A stretch of DNA of 55,508 bases, taken from the NCBI GenBank assembly GCA_913043225.1, contig CAJWLU010000023.1:1-55508 (forward strand), read 5' to 3'. The stretch comes from an uncultured Acidobacteriota bacterium (GTDB taxonomy: Bacteria > Acidobacteriota > Vicinamibacteria > Vicinamibacterales > UBA8438). Within the stretch, counting starts at the first letter, position 1; the number at the start of each line of letters is the position of its first letter. The notes beneath the pieces are model-generated. The model was not told the DNA's origin and searched no databases. It saw only the letters and a list, made by a program, of their open reading frames with translations. Shown piece after piece: positions 1-7,866 of this stretch. A program made the translations under genes and the position numbers.

Positions 1-273
1 TTCGTCATCAATCTGGTCATGGGCCTCACGCCGCTGACGCTCTCAACCTACTGGTGGGTGAGCCAACTCGGTATGTTCCCGGGGACCGCGGTCTACGTCT
101 ATGCCGGAGCAACAGTTCCCGACCTTGCGACACTGAGCGCCAATGGGGTTGGGGGCATCGTGTCGCCCCAGCTGCTCTTGGCGTTTTTCCTGCTGGGAGT
201 CTTCCCGCTTCTCGTCAAGTTCGCGCTTCGACGGTTCCGGTCCCGGCCGGCCGAGGTGTCGGATCGGGCCTGA
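1..273 (+). CDS. TVP38/TMEM64 (DedA/VTT) family membrane protein, 5'-partial
   Basis: Open frame from base 1 reads FVINLVMGLTP...YWWVSQLGMFPGTAVYVYAG, a typical TVP38/SNARE-associated C-terminal half. Confidence 0.8.
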   Translation, partial: FVINLVMGLTPLTLSTYWWVSQLGMFPGTAVYVYAGATVPDLATLSANGVGGIVSPQLLLAFFLLGVFPLLVKFALRRFRSRPAEVSDRA

Positions 274-349
274 TCTCGACGCGAGATGCCGCTCGAACTC
301 GCGTTGCACCGCAGACGCGAGCGAGAGCGAGTGTGAGAGGATTCTCAGC

Positions 350-946
350 ATGAAGTGTCCAACCCTCGTCTTGACCCTGGCGACCGTGGTTCTTGTCCTC
401 ACGGGAGCCCTCGGTCTGCGCGCCCAGTCCGGCCCCAACGATGCGCCGCGGTACGAGAATGGCGCCGACCTGGTGTTCCCGGCCGACTATCGCACCTGGA
501 CCTTCCTGGGAGCCGGTATCGGCATGACCTACGAAGAAGAAGGTGGCGCCGGAAATGGCCAGATGTTCTCGAACGTCTTCGTGAACCCGTCCTCCCACGT
601 CCACTTTATGGAGACAGGCGCTTGGCCCGACGGGACCACGTTCATGCTCGAGTTCCGGCAGTCGGACTCGGCGGCGTCGATTAACCAGGCCGGGCGGTTT
701 CAGACCGGTCTCGCGTTCCTGGAGGCCGAGGTCAAGGACTCGCGGTTCGAAGACGGGTGGGCGTTCTATCAGTTCGGCCCGGGCGGAAACCTGCGGGACG
801 TCGCGCCCCGTATGACGGGCGATGCCGTCGAGCCCTGCATCAAATGCCACACTGAGCACACCGCAGTGGAGCGGACTTTCGTACAGTTCTATCCGACGTT
901 GCTCGAAGTGGCCCGCGAGAAGGGCACCCTCAAGCCAGGTTTCTAG
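350..946 (+). CDS. Cytochrome P460 / c'-beta family protein (secreted)
   Basis: ATG at 350 after GAGAGGA; signal peptide; PADYRTW, F.NVFVNP, C-terminal CIKCH heme motif and TFVQFYPTL as in the P460 family. Confidence 0.85.
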   Translation: MKCPTLVLTLATVVLVLTGALGLRAQSGPNDAPRYENGADLVFPADYRTWTFLGAGIGMTYEEEGGAGNGQMFSNVFVNPSSHVHFMETGAWPDGTTFMLEFRQSDSAASINQAGRFQTGLAFLEAEVKDSRFEDGWAFYQFGPGGNLRDVAPRMTGDAVEPCIKCHTEHTAVERTFVQFYPTLLEVAREKGTLKPGF

Positions 947-990
947 CGCGTCTCGCCACGTCTCCATCCGACACTCCGCAGCGAACCAAC

Positions 991-1551
991 ATGCCCCGCG
1001 TCCGCCTGATCGCCTTGGTGCTGTGGATCGGGCTGGTGGTGGGCTTGAGCATCCTGTACGCCTTGCGCCCTGAGCTGCTGGAGCCGGAGCGGGTGGTGCA
1101 GGCGCTGCGCGGGTCGGGGCAGTCGGTGCTGGTGGGCTACGTCGTGCTGAGCGTTCTGCGCCCAATCACGCTGATCCCGAGCACGCTCCTGATCGTTGTC
1201 GGAACGCTGCTATTTCCAGACCTCAAGTGGTTCGTGATGATCAGTTCGCTGGCCGCGGTGGTGGCATCGGCGGTGCTCATCTACTACTTCTTCGAGTTCC
1301 TGGGATTGGGCGATCTCTTCGAGCGGAAACACGCCAAGCACGTGCGCTGGCTCGAGACCCAGATGAACCAGAAGGGTTTCTGGCTGGTCGTCGGGTGGTC
1401 GATGTTCCCGTTCGTACCGACCGACGTCATCTGCTACGTTGCCGGGACCCTACGGATGCATGTCGGCAAGTTTGCGCTCGGTGTAACGCTGGGCGAGATC
1501 CCGATCGTTGCTTTTTACGTTTGGGCGACTGGGGCGGTGGTGGGGGTGTGA
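991..1551 (+). CDS. TVP38/TMEM64 (DedA/VTT) family membrane protein
   Basis: Hydrophobic 186 aa with FPFVPTDVICYVAG motif. Confidence 0.85.
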   Translation: MPRVRLIALVLWIGLVVGLSILYALRPELLEPERVVQALRGSGQSVLVGYVVLSVLRPITLIPSTLLIVVGTLLFPDLKWFVMISSLAAVVASAVLIYYFFEFLGLGDLFERKHAKHVRWLETQMNQKGFWLVVGWSMFPFVPTDVICYVAGTLRMHVGKFALGVTLGEIPIVAFYVWATGAVVGV

Positions 1552-1616
1552 GGGCTAAAGCCGCCGGTCGCTGAAGCGGGTCCGGATCGGTTAGTCTGGG
1601 CCCTCCGGGAGAAACT

Positions 1617-3968
1617 ATGAGTCATTCGCACCGAGTGTTGGCGCTCGTTTTGGCGTCGATCGTCACGGCCTCGACCGCCGTCGGGCAACGCCGCGACTTC
1701 ATTCCTCCGGTGCCGGCGCCCGACGGGCCGGTGGTGCTCTACAGTGCCGAGGTGCAGCGCATCCGGGTGGTGCCGGTCGCCAACGATCTCGAGCACCCGT
1801 GGGGGATGGCGTTCCGGAGTAACGGCGACATCCTCGTTACCGAGCGCGACAAGGGGACGTTGCGTGTGATCCGGAACGGTCAGTTGCTCGACCGTGACAT
1901 CCCGGGAGTCCCCGAGGTGTTCTCCGATTCTGACCGGGCGGGGCTGATGGACGTGGCCGTCCATCCCGCGGACGACCGGATCGTCTACCTCACCTATTCG
2001 AAGTCGATCCGGACCGACGACGGGGGCGAAGGAGTTACGGTGGCGCTGGCGCGTGGCCGGCTCGACAACGGCAATCTCACCGAGGTGCGCGACATTCTTG
2101 TGGCCGAGGGGGTTGACCGCGGTATCGCCGCTTCACGTTTGGTCTGGGGTCCAGACGACTCGCTCTACATGACGGTGGGCGGTTCCTACGTGTTCGCCGA
2201 CACCGGCAGCTACGCACAGGATCCCGGCACCCACTTTGGCAAGTTGCTTCGACTGAGTGACGACGGCAGTGCCGCGCCGGACAACCCGTTCACCAGCGAT
2301 TCGGCCTATCTCCCCGAGATTTACTCGATGGGCCACCGCAATCAACTGGGGCTGGCCTGGCACCCTGAGACAGGCGATTTGTGGGCGACAGAGAACGGCC
2401 CCCAGGGTGGCGATGAGGCCAACATCATCAAGCCGGGCGCGAACTACGGCTGGCCGCTCGCGTCCTACAGCCGTGAGTACTCGGGTGTGCGAGTGAGCGA
2501 GACACCGTGGCGGCCCGAGTTTGAGGACGCGGAGATCCTCTGGTGGCCCTCCATCGGCCCCTCAGGCCTAGCGTTCTACACCGGTCCTCACTTCCCCGAA
2601 TGGGAGGGCAACCTATTCGTTGGCTCAATGATGGAAGGCCGGATGCCGCGCACCGGACACATCGAACGGATTGTCTTCAACCGTCGCGGCGAAGAGATCC
2701 GCCGCGAGTCGCTCCTGACCGAGCTCAAGCAGCGGATTCGCGACATCCGGCAGGGGCTGGATGGTTATCTCTACGTGTTGACCGACGAGGCCGCCGGTGT
2801 GCTCCTGCGGATCGAGCCGGCCCGTGCCATCGTCGCCCCTCCGGGTAGCAGCGTCTTCATCGACCGGCTGACGGAGGCGCGCGTGCCGTCCCTGCCCCGG
2901 GCCGAGTGGTCGGAGGAGCAGACTGCGATCGCCGAGGCGTTCACCCGGACCGGACCGCCGGGTGAGGCGCTCCGAACGCTCCTTCGCGTGCCGGCGCTAG
3001 CCAATCGGTTCCTGCCGCTGCTGACCTACGTGTCCAACGACTCGACTTTGTCGCCGCGTCACCGCGGCATCCTGATTTTGCGGACTGCCTGGCTCGCCCA
3101 GAACGCCTATCTGTGGTCTGCCCACGCCGACCGCTCGGACCATGGGCTGACTGCAGACGAGATCCAAGGGCTCGCCGAAGGCGAGGCCGACAGCTTCAAC
3201 ACGTTCGAGCAGGTGCTGATCGATCTGGCCGACGAGATGTTCCGGAACTCGGCGGCCACCGACGCCACCTGGACCGAGCTCTCCCGGATGTACGACACCC
3301 GGAATCTCGCCGACGCGGTGGTCACGGTGGCCGACGTTGTCTCGTCCTCGATTCTGTTCAACACCCTCGGCGTCCAACCCGACCCCAGAGCACGGAATCT
3401 GATCCCGAGCGCGGAGGTGGCGTACCGAATCGACGTGCCGGAGCGTGAGACCCCGCTGACCGCGCCCCGCATTGATCCGGTGGAGGGAGACGGCTTGCGG
3501 GTGGGGCGCACCCTGCGCCAGCACCCCGAGATGGAGTCGCAGTGGTATGCGAGTCCGAGCTATGTGAACAATCCAGAGCTCTCGCGGTTGACCCCGTACG
3601 ACCGCGAGATCCTGATTCTCCGCACGGGCTGGAACACGCAGTCGGTCTACGAGTGGGCCAAGCACGTGGGCAGCGTCGGCCGCGCCCGCGATCATGGCCT
3701 AGAGCCGGAGTGGATCGCGCAGGGGCAGGACGCCGCCGGATGGAATGCCACCGAGCGCCTACTGATCAACGCCGCCGACGAGCTGTATCGCGACACGATG
3801 ATCTCGGACCAGACGTGGACCGCCCTGTCGGAGTCCTACGACACCCACCAGATGATGTCGATCGCGGCGACGGTCGCCCGCTACCGCAAGGTGTCGATGA
3901 CCCTGAACGCGCTCGGCGTCCAACCGCTGCCAACGGACGAGGGTTTCCCGGTTCTTGAAGGGTACTGA
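1617..3968 (+). CDS. Soluble PQQ aldose sugar dehydrogenase (GSDH/YliI-like) fused to two AhpD/CMD-like domains
   Basis: Signal peptide; LEHPWGMAF, YSMGHRNQLGLAW, ENGPQGGDE, GANYGWP; C-terminal repeats RGILILRTAWLAQNAYLWSAH and REILILRTGWNTQSVYEWAKH. Confidence 0.85.
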   Translation: MSHSHRVLALVLASIVTASTAVGQRRDFIPPVPAPDGPVVLYSAEVQRIRVVPVANDLEHPWGMAFRSNGDILVTERDKGTLRVIRNGQLLDRDIPGVPEVFSDSDRAGLMDVAVHPADDRIVYLTYSKSIRTDDGGEGVTVALARGRLDNGNLTEVRDILVAEGVDRGIAASRLVWGPDDSLYMTVGGSYVFADTGSYAQDPGTHFGKLLRLSDDGSAAPDNPFTSDSAYLPEIYSMGHRNQLGLAWHPETGDLWATENGPQGGDEANIIKPGANYGWPLASYSREYSGVRVSETPWRPEFEDAEILWWPSIGPSGLAFYTGPHFPEWEGNLFVGSMMEGRMPRTGHIERIVFNRRGEEIRRESLLTELKQRIRDIRQGLDGYLYVLTDEAAGVLLRIEPARAIVAPPGSSVFIDRLTEARVPSLPRAEWSEEQTAIAEAFTRTGPPGEALRTLLRVPALANRFLPLLTYVSNDSTLSPRHRGILILRTAWLAQNAYLWSAHADRSDHGLTADEIQGLAEGEADSFNTFEQVLIDLADEMFRNSAATDATWTELSRMYDTRNLADAVVTVADVVSSSILFNTLGVQPDPRARNLIPSAEVAYRIDVPERETPLTAPRIDPVEGDGLRVGRTLRQHPEMESQWYASPSYVNNPELSRLTPYDREILILRTGWNTQSVYEWAKHVGSVGRARDHGLEPEWIAQGQDAAGWNATERLLINAADELYRDTMISDQTWTALSESYDTHQMMSIAATVARYRKVSMTLNALGVQPLPTDEGFPVLEGY

Positions 3969-4024
3969 GGAGGTTCCGGCAGGGCAGAAACCCCAGGTTC
4001 TGTGACCCACCGCCGGCGCCCGTA

Positions 4025-4063
4025 CGAAAGAAGGGCCTCGGCCGTGTGGACGGCCGAGGCCCT
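4025..4063 (-). terminator. Intrinsic terminator
   Basis: Perfect 14-bp stem AGGGCCTCGGCCGT-N4-ACGGCCGAGGCCCT (4032-4063), followed on the minus strand by TCTTTC. Confidence 0.85.
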
Positions 4064-4139
4064 GAGTCGGGATCTGCGTCAGTGACGTTGGGTTACCCCG
4101 TCCTGGGGAAAACCCTCCACCACTGTTGCTTGGAGGTCC

Positions 4140-4184
4140 CTACGAGGACGTCACCTCCGCAGAGCCGTACTTCAATTCGTCCAC
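4140..4184 (-). CDS. 14-aa small ORF MDELKYGSAEVTSS
   Basis: GTG start 7 nt after GGAGG within AAGGAGGTGATCC (4198-4186); TAG at 4142-4140. Confidence 0.55.
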   Translation of the reverse strand: MDELKYGSAEVTSS

Positions 4185-4314
4185 AGGATCACCTCCTTCG
4201 CAGGCGCACAGCATGCGGCGGGTCCCAACCCGCCCGGCCCCTGGGCCGCCCGGCCACCCACTCGGGGCCGCCGCGCCAGACGTTGCCGCCGACGCGGAAC
4301 CACGACAGGGCCAC

Positions 4315-4343
4315 ATCGTGTGCCCTGGCCCTGCCGTTGTCAA
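4315..4343 (-). promoter_or_regulatory. Sigma-70-type promoter
   Basis: TTGACA (4343-4338), 17-nt spacer, CACGAT (4320-4315). Confidence 0.65.
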
Positions 4344-4358
4344 ACCGGCCCCGCCTCG

Positions 4359-4628
4359 CTACCTGGTCGGTTCGATGACAAGGAGCGTTTGTCGAGTAAT
4401 GCCGCTGCCGGATTTCGCCAGAATCCGCGTGTCGAAGGTGGACAGACACCCTCCGTGAGACTGGGCTAACCCCCACAGGTAGATGTCGGTGAGCTGTCTA
4501 TGCCTGGGGATCATGACCGTGTCGAAGCGGTCGCCGTCGAGCGTCGTTACAGTGTCTGGCCAGAAGTGGTGGCCATTGCCTGAGAAGAATGTGGCCAGGC
4601 GTTCGATCAGGTCTCGTAGGCGATCAAA
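4359..4628 (-). pseudogene. 5'-truncated VapC/PIN-domain toxin remnant
   Basis: Startless frame (in-frame TAA just upstream) reads ...HHFWPDTV...HRQLTDIYLWGLAQSHGGCLSTFDTRI..., resembling the VapC C-terminal pattern H.QLTD.YLL.LA..HGG.L.TFD..I. Confidence 0.7.
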
Positions 4629-5970
4629 TTAACCCCGTCGCCCAGAGTACGTAGACCACAGCCATCGAGGCGGCGCCGTTGACGAAGGTCACTCCCCCGA
4701 ACGAGATCAGCGCGCCCTTCAGCGACATGCGAGATAGCGAGGTGCACACCCAGAAATAGCTCGAATTCACGTACTTGATGATGATCGACCCCGCCGCGCC
4801 GGCGAGCATCGTGGCCTCGGGGCTCAGTCCAAGGGTGTCCATCATCGGGGCGGCGACCGAGGCGGCCGTGATTACGCCCACCGTGGTTGACCCCGTGATC
4901 ATGTTGCCGGCGATGCCGAGCACAAACGGTAGGAAGATGGCGGGCAGCCCGGTTGCGGCCACGGTCTCCGCAATCGCATCCACGGCGGGCGTCGAGCGGA
5001 GGATCTGGCTCAGCGATCCGCCCAGCCCGGTCACCATGATGATCATGGCCGAGCCTCGCAACCCCTCTTCGACCCAGGTGCTAACCCGCGCAGCGGCATG
5101 GTTCGCCTTTGTGTTCCGGTAGGCCAGGAGGATGCCGATGCTCAGGGCGACGACCGGCCATCCCAAATACAGCATGGCGGCATTGACCAGGTGGTCTTCT
5201 GGCAGCGCGAAGGCGGTCACGCTCTGGCTGGCAATCAGGACCAGCGGAATCAGGATCGGGGCGTAGGCGCGCCAGGTGGTCGGGAGCTCGGCCTCTCGTC
5301 CCTGCTCAATGAACGATTGACCGACGAACTCCTCGGATGGCGGCGACTCGATGTGTGGGCCTACGATCTGGGCGTAGGCCCAACCGGCCAGCGCGCCGAT
5401 AAAGGTGGCGAGACCGCCGAAGACGATCACCTGCCCGATGTCGGCGTCAACCAGCGCCACGGCCGCCAGTGGGCCCGGCGTCGGAGGCACCATGGCGTGC
5501 GTGAGTTGCATCGCCCCGACCAGGCCGGTCGCCATAACGCTCATGTTGAGACCGCTGTTGATGGCGGCGGAGTGGACCAGAGGATTCAGGATCACGTAGC
5601 CGACGTCGGAGAAGATCGCCAGGCCGATCACGAACCCGCTTAGGGTCAGCGCGAGCGGCATCCGATGCTGGCCCACCCACCCGATCATCGAAGCCGTAAT
5701 TCGCTCGATCCCGCCTGTGTGCTTGAGCGCCTCGGCCAGGATCGAACCCATCACGATGACCACTGCGATGCCCTGGACGGTGCGTCCGAAGCCTTGCTCG
5801 AAGGCATCGATAAAGGCTTGCCGATCGATCCCCGGGATCAGGGCGAACAGCACGATGGGTACGAGCAGCGCGATGAAGACGTGCCACTTGAATCTAGTGA
5901 TGAGGAGAAACAACAGGGCGACGACGGCCACCAGACCGCCGATGGCGATGAGGACGCTCTCGGTAATCAC
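4624..5970 (-). CDS. GntP family permease (gluconate:H+ symporter-like)
   Basis: Probable GTG start at 5970; many TM helices; FSDVGYVILNPL, THAMVPPTPGPLAA, GSTTVGVITAAS, YVNSSYFW. Confidence 0.85.
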   Translation of the reverse strand: MITESVLIAIGGLVAVVALLFLLITRFKWHVFIALLVPIVLFALIPGIDRQAFIDAFEQGFGRTVQGIAVVIVMGSILAEALKHTGGIERITASMIGWVGQHRMPLALTLSGFVIGLAIFSDVGYVILNPLVHSAAINSGLNMSVMATGLVGAMQLTHAMVPPTPGPLAAVALVDADIGQVIVFGGLATFIGALAGWAYAQIVGPHIESPPSEEFVGQSFIEQGREAELPTTWRAYAPILIPLVLIASQSVTAFALPEDHLVNAAMLYLGWPVVALSIGILLAYRNTKANHAAARVSTWVEEGLRGSAMIIMVTGLGGSLSQILRSTPAVDAIAETVAATGLPAIFLPFVLGIAGNMITGSTTVGVITAASVAAPMMDTLGLSPEATMLAGAAGSIIIKYVNSSYFWVCTSLSRMSLKGALISFGGVTFVNGAASMAVVYVLWATGLI

Positions 5971-6023
5971 ACGGGGAGCATCATGCGCGCGGTCGTTGAT
6001 GTCAATCCGCGTACAATGACGCG

Positions 6024-6320
6024 GTGAGCTATCGCGATAAGCGAGGCGTCGTCTACGACCCTGTGCCGTTGCCCACCCATGAGGTGACCGACGCCGTGGC
6101 CCTCGACGCGCGCCTGGTGCGGCGCCACACCGAGGCTCGCAAGACGATCCCGTTCTACACCGGAGCCGACGGTGTCCAACTGGCGCAGCAGCCAGCCAAC
6201 CATCGCCGGCGCTGGACGGACGCCCAGTGGCTCGCGTTCGAGGAACACCGCAAGCTGGAAGAAGAGGCGTCGCATGTCGACGAGCCTCACGCCGCGGTCT
6301 GGGTGGTCCGCAACCACTAG
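6024..6320 (+). CDS. Hypothetical protein (98 aa)
   Basis: TACAAT 6 nt before GTG (leaderless-type); GC3-rich codons; no family recognised. Confidence 0.55.
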   Translation: MSYRDKRGVVYDPVPLPTHEVTDAVALDARLVRRHTEARKTIPFYTGADGVQLAQQPANHRRRWTDAQWLAFEEHRKLEEEASHVDEPHAAVWVVRNH

Positions 6321-6519
6321 TCGGGTTCCCCGTCACATTCTTGCGGCGGGGCTGACCGGGTTCTACGTGGTCCGCAACCCTGACAAGCTGCGTTGGCTCG
6401 AGGCATTCTGTCGCGCGACGCTTGACCCCGGAGGTCCGATGCGGGCATCCTCGTCTGGATCTGATTAACCCCGGCGGTTGTTGTCCGCCGGCCATGATGT
6501 TTCAAGCGAAGGAGCAGGC

Positions 6520-7455
6520 ATGAGCTTTCGAGAACATGGCGTCAGCAGAGTCGCGGTTCTGGGCGCCCTTGTGGTGGTGGGTGCGTTGCCTGTCGGCGTG
6601 GTGTCCGGTCAGCAGGGCCAGATGGAGGTCGAGGTCGAGCAGCTTCAGGACAATCTCTATGTCCTGCGAGGCGGCGGCGGGAACTCTGCCGCGTTTGTTA
6701 CCAGCGACGGTGTGGTGCTGGTGGACACGAAGGTGGCCGGTTGGGGGCAGCCGCTCATCGACGCCATCGGCGAGCTAACCTCGAATCCGGTGACCACCAT
6801 CATCAACACCCACGCGCACTTCGACCACGTCAGCGGCAACGTCGAGTTTCCGGCCACGGTTGAGTTCGTGGCGCACGACAACGCCAAGACGCTGATGGAA
6901 GAGTGGAATCCCGTGACCGGGTTTCCCGGTAACTTCCCGGACGTGTTCGAGACCAGCGGGGGACAGGGACTCCCGACCCGCACCTACCAGGATCGCCTGA
7001 CGCTCGGAAGCGGCGCCGACCAGGTGGACCTGTACTACTTCGGTCGCGGGCACACGGGTGGCGACACCTGGGTGGTCTTCCCCGCGCTGCGGACCATGCA
7101 TGCCGGTGACATGTTCCCCGGTAAGCAGGTCCCGATCATGGACGCGAGCAATGGCGGTAGCGGGCTGGAGTACGCCAACACCCTGCGGATGGCCTACTCG
7201 ACCGTGACCGATATCGACACGATCATCACCGGGCACAGCGTGCAAATGGATCGCGACGACTTGCGGGAGATGGCTGACTTTGTCGATGGGCTGGTGTCGG
7301 CTGCCAAGCAGGCAAAGGCGCAGGGCGTGTCGGCGGCCGATTTCGTCGCCGACTGGTCTCCCAAGCCGCGTTTCCGCGTCGACTTCAGCATGCCGGCGCC
7401 AGCGTCGTTCCAGGCCTGGGTGCAGGTGATCTACGACGAGATCGACGCGATGTAG
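6520..7455 (+). CDS. MBL-fold metallo-hydrolase (cyclase-like), secreted
   Basis: AAGGAG RBS; signal peptide; INTHAHFDHVSGN, GHTGGD, HAGD, TGH. Confidence 0.9.
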   Translation: MSFREHGVSRVAVLGALVVVGALPVGVVSGQQGQMEVEVEQLQDNLYVLRGGGGNSAAFVTSDGVVLVDTKVAGWGQPLIDAIGELTSNPVTTIINTHAHFDHVSGNVEFPATVEFVAHDNAKTLMEEWNPVTGFPGNFPDVFETSGGQGLPTRTYQDRLTLGSGADQVDLYYFGRGHTGGDTWVVFPALRTMHAGDMFPGKQVPIMDASNGGSGLEYANTLRMAYSTVTDIDTIITGHSVQMDRDDLREMADFVDGLVSAAKQAKAQGVSAADFVADWSPKPRFRVDFSMPAPASFQAWVQVIYDEIDAM

Positions 7456-7487
7456 CTCGCGGGGCTTCGCTCGCCGTCTTCTCCAAT

Positions 7488-7540
7488 GCGGCCCTCATCG
7501 TTCCCTGCCCCCGTAGGGAGGTGGCGATGAGGGCCGTTTT
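7488..7540 (+). terminator. Probable intrinsic terminator
   Basis: GCGGCCCTCATCG...CGATGAGGGCCGT stem followed by a T run. Confidence 0.6.
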
Positions 7541-7831
7541 CGTGTGAGCCGTGCCACAACCTCCGTCTCAGGGTAGACCCGCCTGCCACCAGGTCGGGCG
7601 GATGACCCCGAAACCGGGATTGGGCGTGGCTGGATCATCCCTACGGTGCCCGCCAAGACGCACCGATGCTCATGAGCGCGGCGGTGACCGATAGTCGATA
7701 GCGTGCAGCACCACGCTAGACTTTACGGCCGAAGGCCCCTGCAGAGTTGCACGTGGGCGCCACCGCTCAACGTGGTTCGTCGGCGCGGGGCGCCAACACT
7801 GCCGACCACCACGGCGCCGATGACCGTGGCC

Positions 7832-7866
7832 GCACCGGGCGATCCCATGTCAGGATCGCCCGGTGC
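7832..7866 (+). promoter_or_regulatory. 14-bp hairpin covering the RBS and start codon of the symporter gene
   Basis: GCACCGGGCGATCC-CATGTCA-GGATCGCCCGGTGC; the 3' side contains AGGA (7852-7855) and GTG (7863-7865). Confidence 0.6.

Larger units (their letters stand above)
4025..4310 (-). ncRNA. Candidate ~280-nt structured RNA containing a short ORF (family unknown)
   Basis: Lies between a consensus-like promoter and a terminator; hairpins at 4271-4297 (GCAA tetraloop), 4235-4270, 4217-4234 and 4080-4125. Confidence 0.6.

Noticed and set aside
4163..4200. 16S rRNA gene fragment on the plus strand (GGATCACCTCCTT)
   Set aside because: The flanks lack AAGTCGTAACAAGG and the h45 3' arm, and the promoter and terminator point to the minus strand.
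4025..4310. tmRNA, 6S, SRP or RNase P identity for the small RNA
   Set aside because: No tRNA-like ends or T-loop, no Ala-Ala-ending tag, no SRP GGAA-loop motif, no GAGGAAAGUCC, and not a single rod.
5971..6495. N-terminal extension of the 623-aa ORF, and similar extensions at 143, 25150, 26445 and 45518
   Set aside because: Low-complexity Arg/Pro-rich translations that overlap real genes or promoters; better downstream starts exist.
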